Under the pieces are notes generated by a model. That model was not told the DNA's origin, made no database searches, and saw only the letters and a program-made list of their open reading frames with translations. Below are positions 26,591-38,823 of a stretch of 64,000 nucleotides of DNA, one piece after another. Origin of the DNA: Lytechinus pictus (Eukaryota); NCBI RefSeq assembly GCF_037042905.1, contig NC_087251.1, positions 24,058,001 to 24,122,000 on the forward strand, given 5' to 3'. A program made the position numbers and the translations under genes. Position 1 is the stretch's first letter; every line of letters begins with the position of its first letter.

Positions 26591-29543
26591 GGTCATTTTT
26601 TTTTTCATATATCTATAATTTGGGGTCCATTATAAATCATTAATGTGATTAAAAATGCTGATCAAGTAATAGTTTGGAATGGACATTAAAAATAGAAGAA
26701 ATTCACTGGATTTATGAAATATTCCTTTAATATTTGGAATAATAATATAATATTTGAAACTACTGTTTAGTCTGTTATTTTGATCTATGCCAGTTTTCTA
26801 TGTTTTGTATTCCCACTATGATTCACAATCTGGTATTAACCAGTGATGCATAAAAAGCCTGGTGTATATTTGATGAAGGGCTGACCATAAAAATTGCCCA
26901 TGTCATTAAACATTCAGCGGATTTATCCCAACATTGATCCCTGTGGGACCCCGCTCGGTTAGCTGAGCTGAGATGACTGGAAATTGGAACACAAAATGGT
27001 GGTCAGAATTTCAAACCATTTGGGATTAAGGGAGAAAGAGGAGATGAAGGGTAGAATAAAATGAAGTATGGTCGTGACAAGAATAGTATATAACTACCTT
27101 TGAAAGATGAATAGAAATTCAAAGCTTAATGGTCAATGAGGCTATGGGCAAATTGAATCTACAAATTGATATGAATAAATAAAGAACCGATTGTGAATAT
27201 TTTAATATCTAATATAGACAATTCAGAGATATAATAGACAGTATTGAGGGCTTTGAACATGAATTGTGGAATGTGGAATGCATTCTGTCATTGCAAACAG
27301 GGACCAAATTCTTTCAGTCAAGAACTTAAATATACTTATCTGTGATTTGAATGTACCATATACTATGATGTGGATGCATCAAGAATTTTATTATTTTAGT
27401 TAAATCTTGATACCATTCCCACTGATATTCTTGAATTCAAATTAACTTTTGCTAATTGCAAATATTTGACTTCCTTTTTAGAATGATCATCCATTCAAGA
27501 AATGCTAACCAATTTAGTTTGAAATAAATCACCTTACATGGGTTTATTATTCACTGTTCCTTAAAGGGCTTGACTATCAAACATCAATTTCTTTCAACTC
27601 ACTCTATTCCTGAAACATGGCCTCTTTTTAAAAAATTCAGCAGTGTATGGAACATGACAGCATTGTCACGCGGCAGCTATCACTGTCCTTATAGTGGGTC
27701 TTTGTAAGAAAGGTCGCTGTAACTTACGTTAATTGTGCCAGGGTGTTGGCAAAGCCTGCCCTCTTTGTACCGAGTATGAAGATGTGTTTAAGAAGTAATG
27801 GAAGGTGAAGGCCAGAACCTCCTCTGCAATTGATCTATGAATGAGAGGTCACAATCACAGCGAATATTTTAGGGGCTATAAGGGAAAGGTATAGGATGGA
27901 AATAACCCTGTCTGAATATGCCACTGATGCAGTTTGATTGTGTAAAGGTAGTCAGTCATGTGTGGACTATTCATTTATTATAAATTGACAAGACTGTAGT
28001 TCTCTGCCATCTCAGATAAACTATGCAAGTTCAGGCTTTGCTGGCTAATTACAGCCCCACCTTAAAACATTGCATGTCATATTGCATAGAGTTTGTTCAG
28101 TCTGATCTGGTAAGCAGTTTGTGAAAGACTACATATGATCAAGGAGTGGTCCTATCAGAAACGTGTCACACTGTCCACACCAAGTAATAGCTTCTGAGGT
28201 TTATCTCTGGGTAGTGTCTTTCTGATTCCTGTAGCCAGTGATATATTACTTGAACATCACCCACGCCTTGAGATATACAGGGTGCCTCAGCAAAAAGTTT
28301 TACCTCTCAGATCATGTTACCAGTATGTAGAGACTTTCATCAAGCAGTGGCCCTTTCCAGGATTAGACTCGCATTACAATCTTGATCTTGGACCATAAAG
28401 CCAAAGTCTGCAGATAGACAGAATGCCTCACAGATTGCAATAGCTTTTAATAAATGTTCTTGATACATCTTTATTGTACAAGGTGCTCTCTGTAAAGGTT
28501 CTGATGTTTTTTTTCCACTTTTGCATATTATACGTCTTTAGATATGTCATCCATGAAGAAGTAGTGTATTCTTAAGATAAATATTCTAGATCAAGTGATA
28601 TTTCTTTCCTATCTTTTAGTGATGTAAAAATGAAAAATCATAGCCCTTGGTTAAACAGGATATCTTGGCAAAATATAATGCCATTCATAATCCATATGAA
28701 AATCATGATATATGAAATGAGGCAGTAACCAGTAAGTTGAATCATTCTGTGTCTAATTCAAATCTTTAAAGAATAATGGGCAGAATTCATTCATTTAATT
28801 ATGAAATGTAAAGTTTGTTTTACAATGTACTTCTCAGGAATTGAGAATTTTCATATCATATAGTACTTTACAGTGATGTTCTATCCCCAGAAAAGTGATT
28901 TCTATGGATGTTATTTCCATTCATTGCATGATTACACTTAATTGATTATGCCATGTTATTTCAGTAATGTATAAATATTCAAATTTTCTGTAATTTCTCC
29001 CACATTTCATAGGATTTTACTTTACAGTGACTTTTGTACTTCACATGTCTGCATAGTTCTGTATGAATATGTACACTTTCAATTTCAATGACTTAACTCT
29101 CAGTTAATATCTCACTTTAACTTTATGAATATTTCTTCATAATTGGCATGATTAATTGCATGTAACCAACTTCAAAATTTTTATAGTATAGAATTTTTCT
29201 TAGGTTCTTTCCTTCATTCTGGGGTTTGCAATATTGTAAAATCATGTTGCATTCCTTGTCTATTGTTTAGCTAACAGAAGAAGAGAACTGCATACTGTAA
29301 GTTAGAATGTGATGACTGGATCTAAAACATTCTTCGGTTCAGTCGGTTAATTCTTTAATTTCACAGTATACATAATTGAAATCATGAACTCTTTCCACAC
29401 TGCCTTACAAGACAAGCTGTCGTAGAGGCACCTTAAAAATGTTGATGCCATTTTTAGCCGTGGCTTTTTGCTAGAACCCCACTTTTCATTTTCTCCTTCA
29501 ATCCTCTGATTCCTGCAGAGACGAAACAATGCTGGATCATATA

Positions 29544-30085
29544 CCGGGGGGGGGGGCACTCAACCAAAAAAGTAGTAGGTATGTACCGCGGATGAGACAA
29601 AAAACGGGGGCCTTGGAGCGGGCTTATTGTAAAAAGGAGGGTCCTCGGAACGGGGTTCGGAACTACAATGTTTGTGAAAACGGGGGTCCTTGGAACGGGT
29701 TGTCTGCGTGTGAGTGCGTATGCATCCCTATGGAACGTGCATGCAGCTAGCCCGGCGGCACGGGCGCCGGGTGCGCTAGCGCAGAGGCGATGGTCGGACA
29801 GCGCTCTACAGCCGCTTTTCACAAAAATTGCGGTTCATTGTAGCAGATCAATGTGGACGGAACGGCGTAACAGAAAATATGTGAAGCTTTGGAGCGGATT
29901 TCTTTCTTCTTTTTTCTTGATAAGAAGAAAATGCTATGCTTTGGAGAGGCTTTCTTTGTTCTTTTTCTCAATAAGACAAAAATGCTATGCCTTGGAACGG
30001 AAATTTGAGTGTAAAAATGGGGGTCCCCTCCACGGCACATACCCACTATGCATTATATACTGAGTGCCCCCCCCCCCCCCCCCCG
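29544..30085. mobile_element. MITE with poly-G/poly-C TIRs
   Basis: CCG(G)nCACTCA ... TGAGTG(C)nG termini; 8-bp TSD ATCATATA. Confidence 0.85.
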
Positions 30086-30403
30086 ATCATATATCTGCTC
30101 TGAAAGCTTTAAAATCCATTTTGAGTTCAAGCTGCACATGTAATTTTTGTCAGAAATTTTCTGATGACATCAAAGATACTTTTCCGATGTTGTTTTTAGG
30201 TTTTAATATTTTAGGATAATCAGTTGTAGACACAATGCTATCTTATGCTTGGGATGTATCCCTCTTGTTCATGCATATTAACTTTCTCTTTATTTTATGT
30301 TTGAAATATGTTGTTTTTCTACTCCCTCAACATTATGGATTAGTGAGAGGGGTACTCCTCCTAGTTGTTATGTAACCCCATTCCTATGTAATTCACCCCA
30401 CAG

Positions 30404-30643
30404 ACTGAAGGCACTCTCTCGCTTAGCTTCCGTACCAACGAGCCATCAGGGGTGATCATGTACAACCGAGGTGCCGATCACATCACAGACTTCTTTGCTC
30501 TGGAGTTGTTGGATGGCCACTTGTACCTGGTTCTAGATCTAGGATCCGGAGCTATCCGCTATAGGGCCGATTCCCTTCCTCTCAACGATGGTCTCTGGCA
30601 TTCTGTTGTGCTCTACAGACATCATAACAGAGGAACATTACAG
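30404..30643 (+). CDS. NRXN: alpha-neurexin exon (LNS3)
   Basis: cacag|ACT...CAG|gtaaac, 240 nt, phase 0-0; GTLSLSFRTNEPSGVIMY...DFFALELLDGHLYLVLDLGSG...LNDGLWHSV laminin-G motifs. Confidence 0.95.
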
Positions 30644-31065
30644 GTAAACGTGTGATTGGTTATCAGTGATGACTTATTTGTCCATATGGTCCACCAATAA
30701 CAATTTAGGTAAAGGTAAATGTGATGTGTACTTGTCAAAAGTGTGAGCCCCATTTAGCTATGGCTTTTTCCCACTCAGCAGTTGTTTCCTGCCAATTCTC
30801 CAATTCCTGGATCTGATGATAAATCTGGAATGCTTCATAAGATTCTGCATGTGGTTAAGCCTTGGACATTCCTGTAAGTTTTTTCATATGATATTACCCA
30901 AATTGGTATTAATATCATTAGACAGAGGACTTATTTTGACAAAAATTTTGCAGTGGAGAAGAGAAAACATTGACAAAAAGTGATAGATATTGATGTGTGT
31001 CATCAGGATAAGATATAAGTTATCATTCTCAAAGTGCTTTTCCCAATCCTTTTTGCTATTCCCAG

Positions 31066-31319
31066 ATTGATAATCGAGACCCGGGCAAGTTTAACGTTGG
31101 AGGTACAAGTAAGCATCTCAATCTTGTGGATCATCTGGTGCTTGGAGGAATTGATTTTGAGAATGATTCAAACTTCTTACCAATGGACTTGTACAGCGGG
31201 GCGCTACGGAGGGGTTATGTGGGCTGCCTCAAGAACCTGGTCCTACAAGGGACAACTATTGATCTTCCAACTTATGCTATTGAACAATCTAATGGGAACG
31301 ACATTGGAGTCTACTGTAG
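31066..31319 (+). CDS. NRXN: alpha-neurexin exon (LNS3 end)
   Basis: cccag|ATT...AG|gtaggt, 254 nt, phase 0-2; ...LVLGG...GYVGCLKNL...VYCR. Confidence 0.95.
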
Positions 31320-31907
31320 GTAGGTGTATACTTACATCTTGGAACTGAAAAAAATCTTGTATAGTCTGTTGCAGAAGACTAGAGTTTACATAAACTACAA
31401 AATCAAATGCATGTCCAATTGGAGGTAACGTTTGGGGTAATTGCAACTCTCCGCACCAGGCCTCTGGACTACTATGTTGTAATGTGTAAAAAGTAGATTA
31501 TTGCAAAATCATGTTAAACAGTGTGAGGAGCTACCACATCTTGTCTAAAAATATTCAATAATCCATTGTTTTTCCCTCCCATTTTTGGGAACAATAATTT
31601 TCATTTCATGTGCTTTAATTGTTCATTGTGATTTTATTCGAAGAGTAACAGTCCCTATTATTTCTGTTTACTGGCGTTTAGAACATTTTTGTGTTTGTTT
31701 TCTTTTGCTATTGTCTGATAATTGAAAGAAAAGGAATTTAATTGGTGGTGAGCAAATACCTGGGCCCTCATTTTTTTTTCATTTGAAATGCACAAGAATG
31801 GTGCATTTGCAACCAGGAATATGATAATGATAAAGGGATAGGTGTTTTCTTTTGGAGTTTTGTTGAATGTCTTATAACCTAGTCTTTCTGATCTTTTGAT
31901 GATGTAG

Positions 31908-32029
31908 GGAAGAAGAAGGGCAGTGCTCTAGCACACCCTGTAACCATGAAGGAACTTGCACGGAGGGCTGGAACAGGTTCATCTGTGATTGTCGTATAAC
32001 TGGCTATACTGGAAAGACATGTGACGAAG
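31908..32029 (+). CDS. NRXN: alpha-neurexin exon (EGF2)
   Basis: gtag|G...G|gtaggt, 122 nt, phase 2-1; QCSSTPCNHEGTCTEGWNRFICDCRITGYTGKTCDE, six-Cys EGF with the neurexin GWNRxxCDC signature (not in ORF track). Confidence 0.95.
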
Positions 32030-34960
32030 GTAGGTTACCAAAGCAACCAAGTACATTCCACCATTCACTTTGGCTGGCATGTTTCTCACTTGCATCACTC
32101 TTAAACGCACTGCCTGTAGCTTTTATGAGCAGTCTGGGGAGTGTTCGTTACTGAGGTGCAAAAGCTGTCTAGACCCAGAAATGTTCTTATTAGAAAGGGA
32201 GATTCTATGTGCTGATAAGTTGGATAAAGTCTTATTCAAAACCCCTGAAAGATATACATCTAGATCTGGCAAACTTGCCTTGTATCTGGAATATACCACT
32301 CTCACATGTACTTTACATCAGCTTATAAGCAGCTACAAAATAAAAATGAAGTATCATGTGTAGAGGTTCTTTCCTTTTTTAAATCAAACTTATCTTATGA
32401 TATTCCTCAAACTACTTTATGTTGAAATATCAACTTTTTGTTTTAAACATTCATTTATTTTAAAAAATCAAGTGAATCTATATGGACGATTTACTGAAAT
32501 TGATTTTTTTTTCAAAACACATTAATTGTTCTATGAAATTAAACACTTGACATTAATACTCAAACTGCATATTGGAGGAAATCTTTTAAAATAAATTCTC
32601 ACCTTGCACTTAGCCGAGCAGTGATATCCCAGACTCTGACAATATTGATGACAGCAAATCCTTTTTTTTTATCAAAGGTTTCTTGCTTGCTCTGCTCTTG
32701 CATTGAGATTGCCATATAATTTCCCTTTTGCAATATGAAAGTCAACATTTTTGCACTGCGTTTGTAACCATGGATGTTTTTTTAACAGGACAGAACATCT
32801 ATGCATGGCATGTAGAATGAAGTTTGTAGTGTTTTGCAAAGTTTCTTGAAGATCACTGCTGTTAACCCACCTCATGATTCATTTGATATGGCCACTGAAT
32901 GAAAATATATCCAGGCTATCTACATTCAAGAAGCCAAATCCCAAAACTTTTTTTTCAAAAAAAATTGAACTTTATTTTTATGCTGGAGACATAAAGAAAA
33001 GATCATAATGATTAAAAAGCTCAGACTTGTGTTTGAGACATTGATTCATAAAGAAGTGATTTTTTTTATGTTTAAGAAGAAAAACAGCTGGTTTAAAAAT
33101 TATCCAAAAAAAATTCACTCGGCCTATGTAAAAGTATAAGACATAAATCTAATAAAAATACCATTCTTTAAATAAAAGTGAGTGCAGCAAGTACTTGGAA
33201 ATTATTCATCCAAAATTTACTTATAACCTAAAAGCATATAACATCATTTGGATTCTGAGAAATTGCATAGATGCACCAACTTTCGCTTCAAATTGTATTT
33301 TCTTTATCTGTTCTCTATCTTAATCCCTTGAGCAATAGCACTTGCATGCTTAACGAATGCGCATCAAAGTATTGGTTTTAGTATAAACTGAGAACCACTC
33401 AAAGGGGATAAGTGTTGATAAGTTGGTGATTTCTACTTAGATTAGTATGTTGTTAGCAAAGGGTGTCATATTATGGGCCTGTCATGATTTTGTAAGATCA
33501 ATTTGTAGTTGTTAATTGTAATAATTGCATAGAAGCTTATATGCACAACTTGACAGTTTGATTAAATATGAAGTGAATGAAATGGGTCAAAATGTTTTGG
33601 CAGCTCCACTTTTTAATGAACCTACCAAACTAAATGCTGTAATGTGGATGTGAACTGACTGTATCCATTCTCTCATCACTGTGTGAGTGATAAGATATTT
33701 ATCTTTGTAAACTACCAATTAAATTCAATTAATTGCATTTTCTTCCTGAGGGCTGTATTTGCCAGATATCAGAATCCATCTTTGTTTTATCTAAAAATGT
33801 TTTTGAAATTGCAAGCTTCGGGCATATTATGACACCCTTTTCATTGACATTTCTTTAACATCTTATCTGTCTAATGACAAAAACTGTTAACATGCTTTCC
33901 AACTAACTTTCAAACTAATTAATTTTGTTTCCATATCCATATCCATTTCTGATACTGCTCATTCACTTTACATAACTCTCATTTAAGCATACATGAGCTT
34001 ATATGTGAAATGGGTATTATTCATGCATTACATGAATTTATATGCTTGCTATTTGTATGGATGTCAAAATACAATATTCCTGAATTCCATAAAATAAGGG
34101 AAATGGGAATAAATGGGTCATTTTGGTATCATTTTGGGACATTCAAAAACTATTTATAAAATAGATTGCCCCATCAAAATATAGATGGCTTTTAAGAAAT
34201 TGGCAAAGCTCAATCTTTTTCTTATCATACTAAATGTTTATGTTAAAAAAAAGGAACATTGATGATCCAAAACGATCTTGACTTGGAGTTAAATTAGATG
34301 AAGTAAAGTCAGTTGGAAAGACATTATTGTGTGTTTTGTGACTAACACAGTGTGTTCAGCTGTTAACATATGTACGTATTCAGACATCATTATCTCCTTA
34401 GTTTGTGCATCTTGACTAATCTTTTGCAGGCTCGTCTGTGAAATCTAACCTCTCTCTCATCTAACAGCATACTGTTTCTTCTCTCTGCTTGTCTGGTAGA
34501 TATTTTACTGGAAGATCTCTTTTAAATTAAGAAAATGGCCCTTTGAACAAATTTCTTCAATATTATTTTCAATGCTACTATGATATTTATTTGGTAAATA
34601 AAAAAAAAATTAAGTCACCCTTGTTACTAGCCCATTAACTAATCAAGACAGATATAATCCTATGAAAGAAATACTTGCTTCTCCCTCTCTCTTCAAATTA
34701 CTCTCATTTAGTTTTTTGAGATCTTCCAGTAAAGTATTAGGAATAGAATCTCCTTTTAGTCACTACCATCCATCCCAAATTTGCTGAATTAAAATCTTCT
34801 AACAATTCTCTGCTTGCTCCTACTCTTCCAAAAATTTGAATCCTCCTCCTCCTCCTCCTCTCCGATCATCCTCTCAACAATCTTCCCCTCCATTGCCGCA
34901 TCACTTTCTCACGAAAAATCCTAACCTGCTCTGTTACTTGCTCTGTCTGCTTTTCATCAG

Positions 34961-34978
34961 TGTTCACCGAGGAAGGAG
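34961..34978 (+). CDS. NRXN: candidate 18-nt microexon (VFTEEG) between EGF2 and LNS4
   Basis: ctaac branch point, UGC-studded pyrimidine tract, cag|TGTTCACCGAGGAAGGAG|gtgagt; phase 1-1, in frame. Confidence 0.7.
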
Positions 34979-36185
34979 GTGAGTGTGGTACTAATATGGG
35001 TAAAAGTATTGAGGACTAGGATATATACTAACATCTAATTATAATTGAAATGGATGATGAAACAGAAAAGAGATAATTGTGTTGATTGTAGTAATGTAGG
35101 ATAGAATTACCGATTTCTAACCCATTGTGAATGTGCATGAAAATTACAGATTTATCCCCCTCCTTGAACAATAGGTTCCCTACTCATACCTATGCCAGTT
35201 CATCTATCTATTTCACTTCAATTCTTATATTTCTTTTAATATTCTTTATACCACTATTTCTCCAAGTCTTTAAAAATCTATTCACCTTAAAGGGAAATAA
35301 GACTTCATCTTATAGGAACTTTAATTTTTGCGATTGTATTTTGGATTATTTTGTTATTTCTATTGCACTATTTTGTAGAAACACCTTTGCGCATTGTGCC
35401 AAGTACGTGAATATTTCAACATGAAATATTGAATATTTCAACATGAAATATTGAATATGAGCTGGTATCCTGTTGAGGGCGTTCTTGCATTGATTCCATG
35501 ATTTTAGTCTTAACCCTTGAAATTTCAAAGCACCACCCTACTCCCACAGGCAAAGGGTTAACCATTTCATGATTTCAATTACAATTCTGGTCAGTGGTTT
35601 GAAGTGTCCTGATATAACCATTATAATTATGATGGAAGACCTAATGTGCAGTCAAGCAACTGATTGCCCCTTTGAATTATTGATGAGGTTTTATTGGAAG
35701 GTGGTGCTGTGTTTATAGTTAAACCAGGGAAATGCTGTGCACGACTGTCGTGTGTTCAACCAAAGGGATTAATTTATTCACTTCAGTAGAGAAATTGGTG
35801 AACCTTTTATTTCCATGTTAAAATTAGAGATGAAAATCACAGGAATCGTATGTAAAATTTGATGCAGAATTTTCAGAGCTTCATTTATTTGGGCTGTGAC
35901 AATCCAAACAGTGCTATATATCATTGATTGAGAATTATGCTCTTGGCTCACATCAAGGCCAGAGAGTCAATGGATAAAACGTGTATTTTAATTTACTTCA
36001 TTATTTATTGATACAAGAAGCTCTTTGATTTTAGTGTAGATTAAGAAAATTCCACAATGCATGAACTTTAGGCAAAACTCGTAAAAGAGTTTTGATTATT
36101 GAACAGGGTTCATTTTCCATTCTTTAAGACACTGGTGATAAGACCATGATGACCATCCTCTCTTTGTTGAATCTCTTCTTTACAG

Positions 36186-36512
36186 AGGTAGCACGACTGT
36201 CCTTCAATGGTAACCAGTACATGCGCATCACAGTATCGGCAAACTCGCGCAGCAAGGTTGAAGACATCTTCCTCAGGTTCCGCACTCGCTTCCCAGACGG
36301 CCTCCTGGTGGCCACCTCCTCTGATAACGTGATTGACATGCTGATGGTGGAGCTGAAGCAAGGATTGATACGGGTGATCACCAACTATGGTATTGGTCAG
36401 ACGGTCATCACTGCAGGACACGGGCTGGATGACAATCGATGGCATGCTGTTCATGTCCAGCGGCGGGATGATCGTCTTATGGTCACTGTGGATAATACTG
36501 ACAGAGCCGAAG
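36186..36512 (+). CDS. NRXN: alpha-neurexin exon (LNS4)
   Basis: tacag|AG...G|gtaagg, 327 nt, phase 1-1; LSFNGNQYM...EDIFLRFRT...LDDNRWHAVHVQRR. Confidence 0.95.
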
Positions 36513-38055
36513 GTAAGGGCCACTTTCTATTAAAGCTTTCTAAACTTATATTGTATCCATTTCTAGTTATGTATTGTTTATCTGGAAACTCCTACACTTG
36601 TACAAAATGCTATGATATGCATTCAATTTGGCTGGATTCTCTCTCATATATATTTTGTGTGTTTTTTTAATCATTATTATCCAAGACATTTCATTCATTT
36701 CAGTATAATGGATTATAAGGATGACAAAAAGAGAATGTTTCTGTAAATATCCATGTGATTATACCTGCTACTGAATGATGATCTCAATTATTTATATATC
36801 TGTCTTTGTGAGCTTTTCTTTACTTTTCTCTTTCTTTCAACAAATATTTTGAGATTTTTTTCCATTTAATTAAAATTTTGATAGTTGACAGGTAGTTCCA
36901 ATACAAGATTTAATTTTTTGATGAAAGTCACTAAATGGCATCATATGTTATACACATAGCCCATAGAGCTCAGTGAGTTAAAGAAGGAATTCAAAGCCAA
37001 AATGAGAAAACATAATGATTGTGATCATGAATTACATTATAATGTTGTTGTATTATAAAGCCTGAATCTTCCTTAACCCTTTGTTTCCATCAAATTACTA
37101 GTACCTTTTTGAAAGTATTCATAAAGTACATCTACAAATTTCATTAATTATTTAGTTTTATATATTCCTCTACAAGATGGTTTAGTTTGATTAAACAGAA
37201 AATTCTGTTCAAACACTAACGAAGAGGAACTTTATATCATCAGCATACCAAAAGTTACTATTAGGAAAGTCTTCCATCCAACAAATGTGACAAGTCAATA
37301 AACCATCTCATGGCGATTACTCATTGTCAATTGATATACTTGGATAGAGTGTAGTATATCCTATGCATGATCCAAAAGGGAAAGATGAATATAACTATTT
37401 TATTATGGCTCATCTAAATGCTTTACAGGTTATTCTTTCATATGCATAATCTCTTAGTCATATCCCTGTCTATCTTCTCTTTCACTCTCATACAATTTCC
37501 ATTTTGTTTCTTTTTTCCAATATTGTAAATATATCATTAACTGTCAATTTCTTTTTACCAGATATAAAGTTTTCTTCTTTCATGCCATCATCAATTATAT
37601 ATAGATAATGGGACGATTGTCTTTATATATGATTGTAATCATTATTCCTGTGTGTTTCCAGTATCATCTGTTCTGTTATTTAATCACTTTACATATATAT
37701 ATCAGAAGTTTTATCCCAATAGTCCCATATGCATCATGTCATGTTAGTCATGTATCTATAGACTCCCTGTACATGTAGTGGTTCCCCAATGCATTCCAAA
37801 TTACTTTTTCTCAGTGTTTGCTTTTCATATCTTTTATCAATTCAATCATAAACATTTTAAACTGTAAAAAAATGAATTCATTGCTCAGTTGGCTGCCAGT
37901 AAATACAAAGATACATATGACCTTAAACAAAATATGTCATAACAAAATATGCTCATTAATGTTTTGTGTGTTCAGTATTAATTTTGCTTTTATTTCAAGA
38001 CTTTATTCAATAAATATTTGGGTTCAAGTTAAATTTATCGTATATGATTCATTTA

Positions 38056-38133
38056 AACTGCAGTTTCTTATGATGTCATTTGTTTGATGGAACTAACTGC
38101 AGTTTCTTATGATGTCATTTGTTTGATGGAACT
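38056..38133. repeat. perfect 39-bp tandem duplication
   Basis: AACTGCAGTTTCTTATGATGTCATTTGTTTGATGGAACT x2. Confidence 0.9.
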
Positions 38134-38799
38134 GAGCAATCATCATTGAAACATTTTTGTTTTCATTTGATCAAAACGCTTCAGTTAAAAGCTTATGTTT
38201 CTTTATGTCAATGTACTAACATTTATATGTAAATGAATTTGTTCAAATACTAACAATCTAGTTTATTTATCTTTACTTTCACTGAGAAGCAGGAATGAGA
38301 GCACACACAAAAGAATATTAACAAGTTATTTATCTGAAAATGCTTTTACATGTATCTAATTATAAATTTTCTATATATCTTAGTATTCTTATCTCTCTGC
38401 CTCTCCTTGGAATAAGTAGGCCTGTTGCAATTTTTTTTTAATCAGAAAGGAGAAATTTAACAATTAAATTGAATGGATTTTTTTTAGGTTGAATGTTTTC
38501 CTCTTTCAGAATGATATGCTTATTTCTAAAGATATATTTTTTTCAATAGTTTTCTTATGCATTTGGATTAATTAATGGTCAGATGTTGACTTTTGCACCT
38601 TTATTTTCATGAATTGATATTGAAATTTGAAAATTTGAAGAAAAAAAATAATGATAAAGATAAAAGATTTTGAGCTTTCTTGCTTCAAGGTAGATTTGGT
38701 AAAGATAAATCATGTAAATTAAGTTTTGTCAAGGTGTCACATCATGTTTATTTTTTTATTTTTCTCCCATTGCTAAAACAATGATAAATCTTTAAACAG

Positions 38800-38823
38800 A
38801 TAATGTGCCTCCTCGTCCTGATG
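38800..38823 (+). CDS. NRXN: candidate 24-nt microexon (DNVPPRPD) in LNS4
   Basis: aacag|ATAATGTGCCTCCTCGTCCTGATG|gtgaga; phase 1-1, GC-rich in an AT-rich intron; acceptor tract only moderate. Confidence 0.45.

Noticed and set aside
29347..30063. Multiple overlapping GC-rich ORFs (also 6942-7927, 58686-58962)
   Set aside because: They lie largely within non-autonomous transposons and show no transposase or other protein motifs
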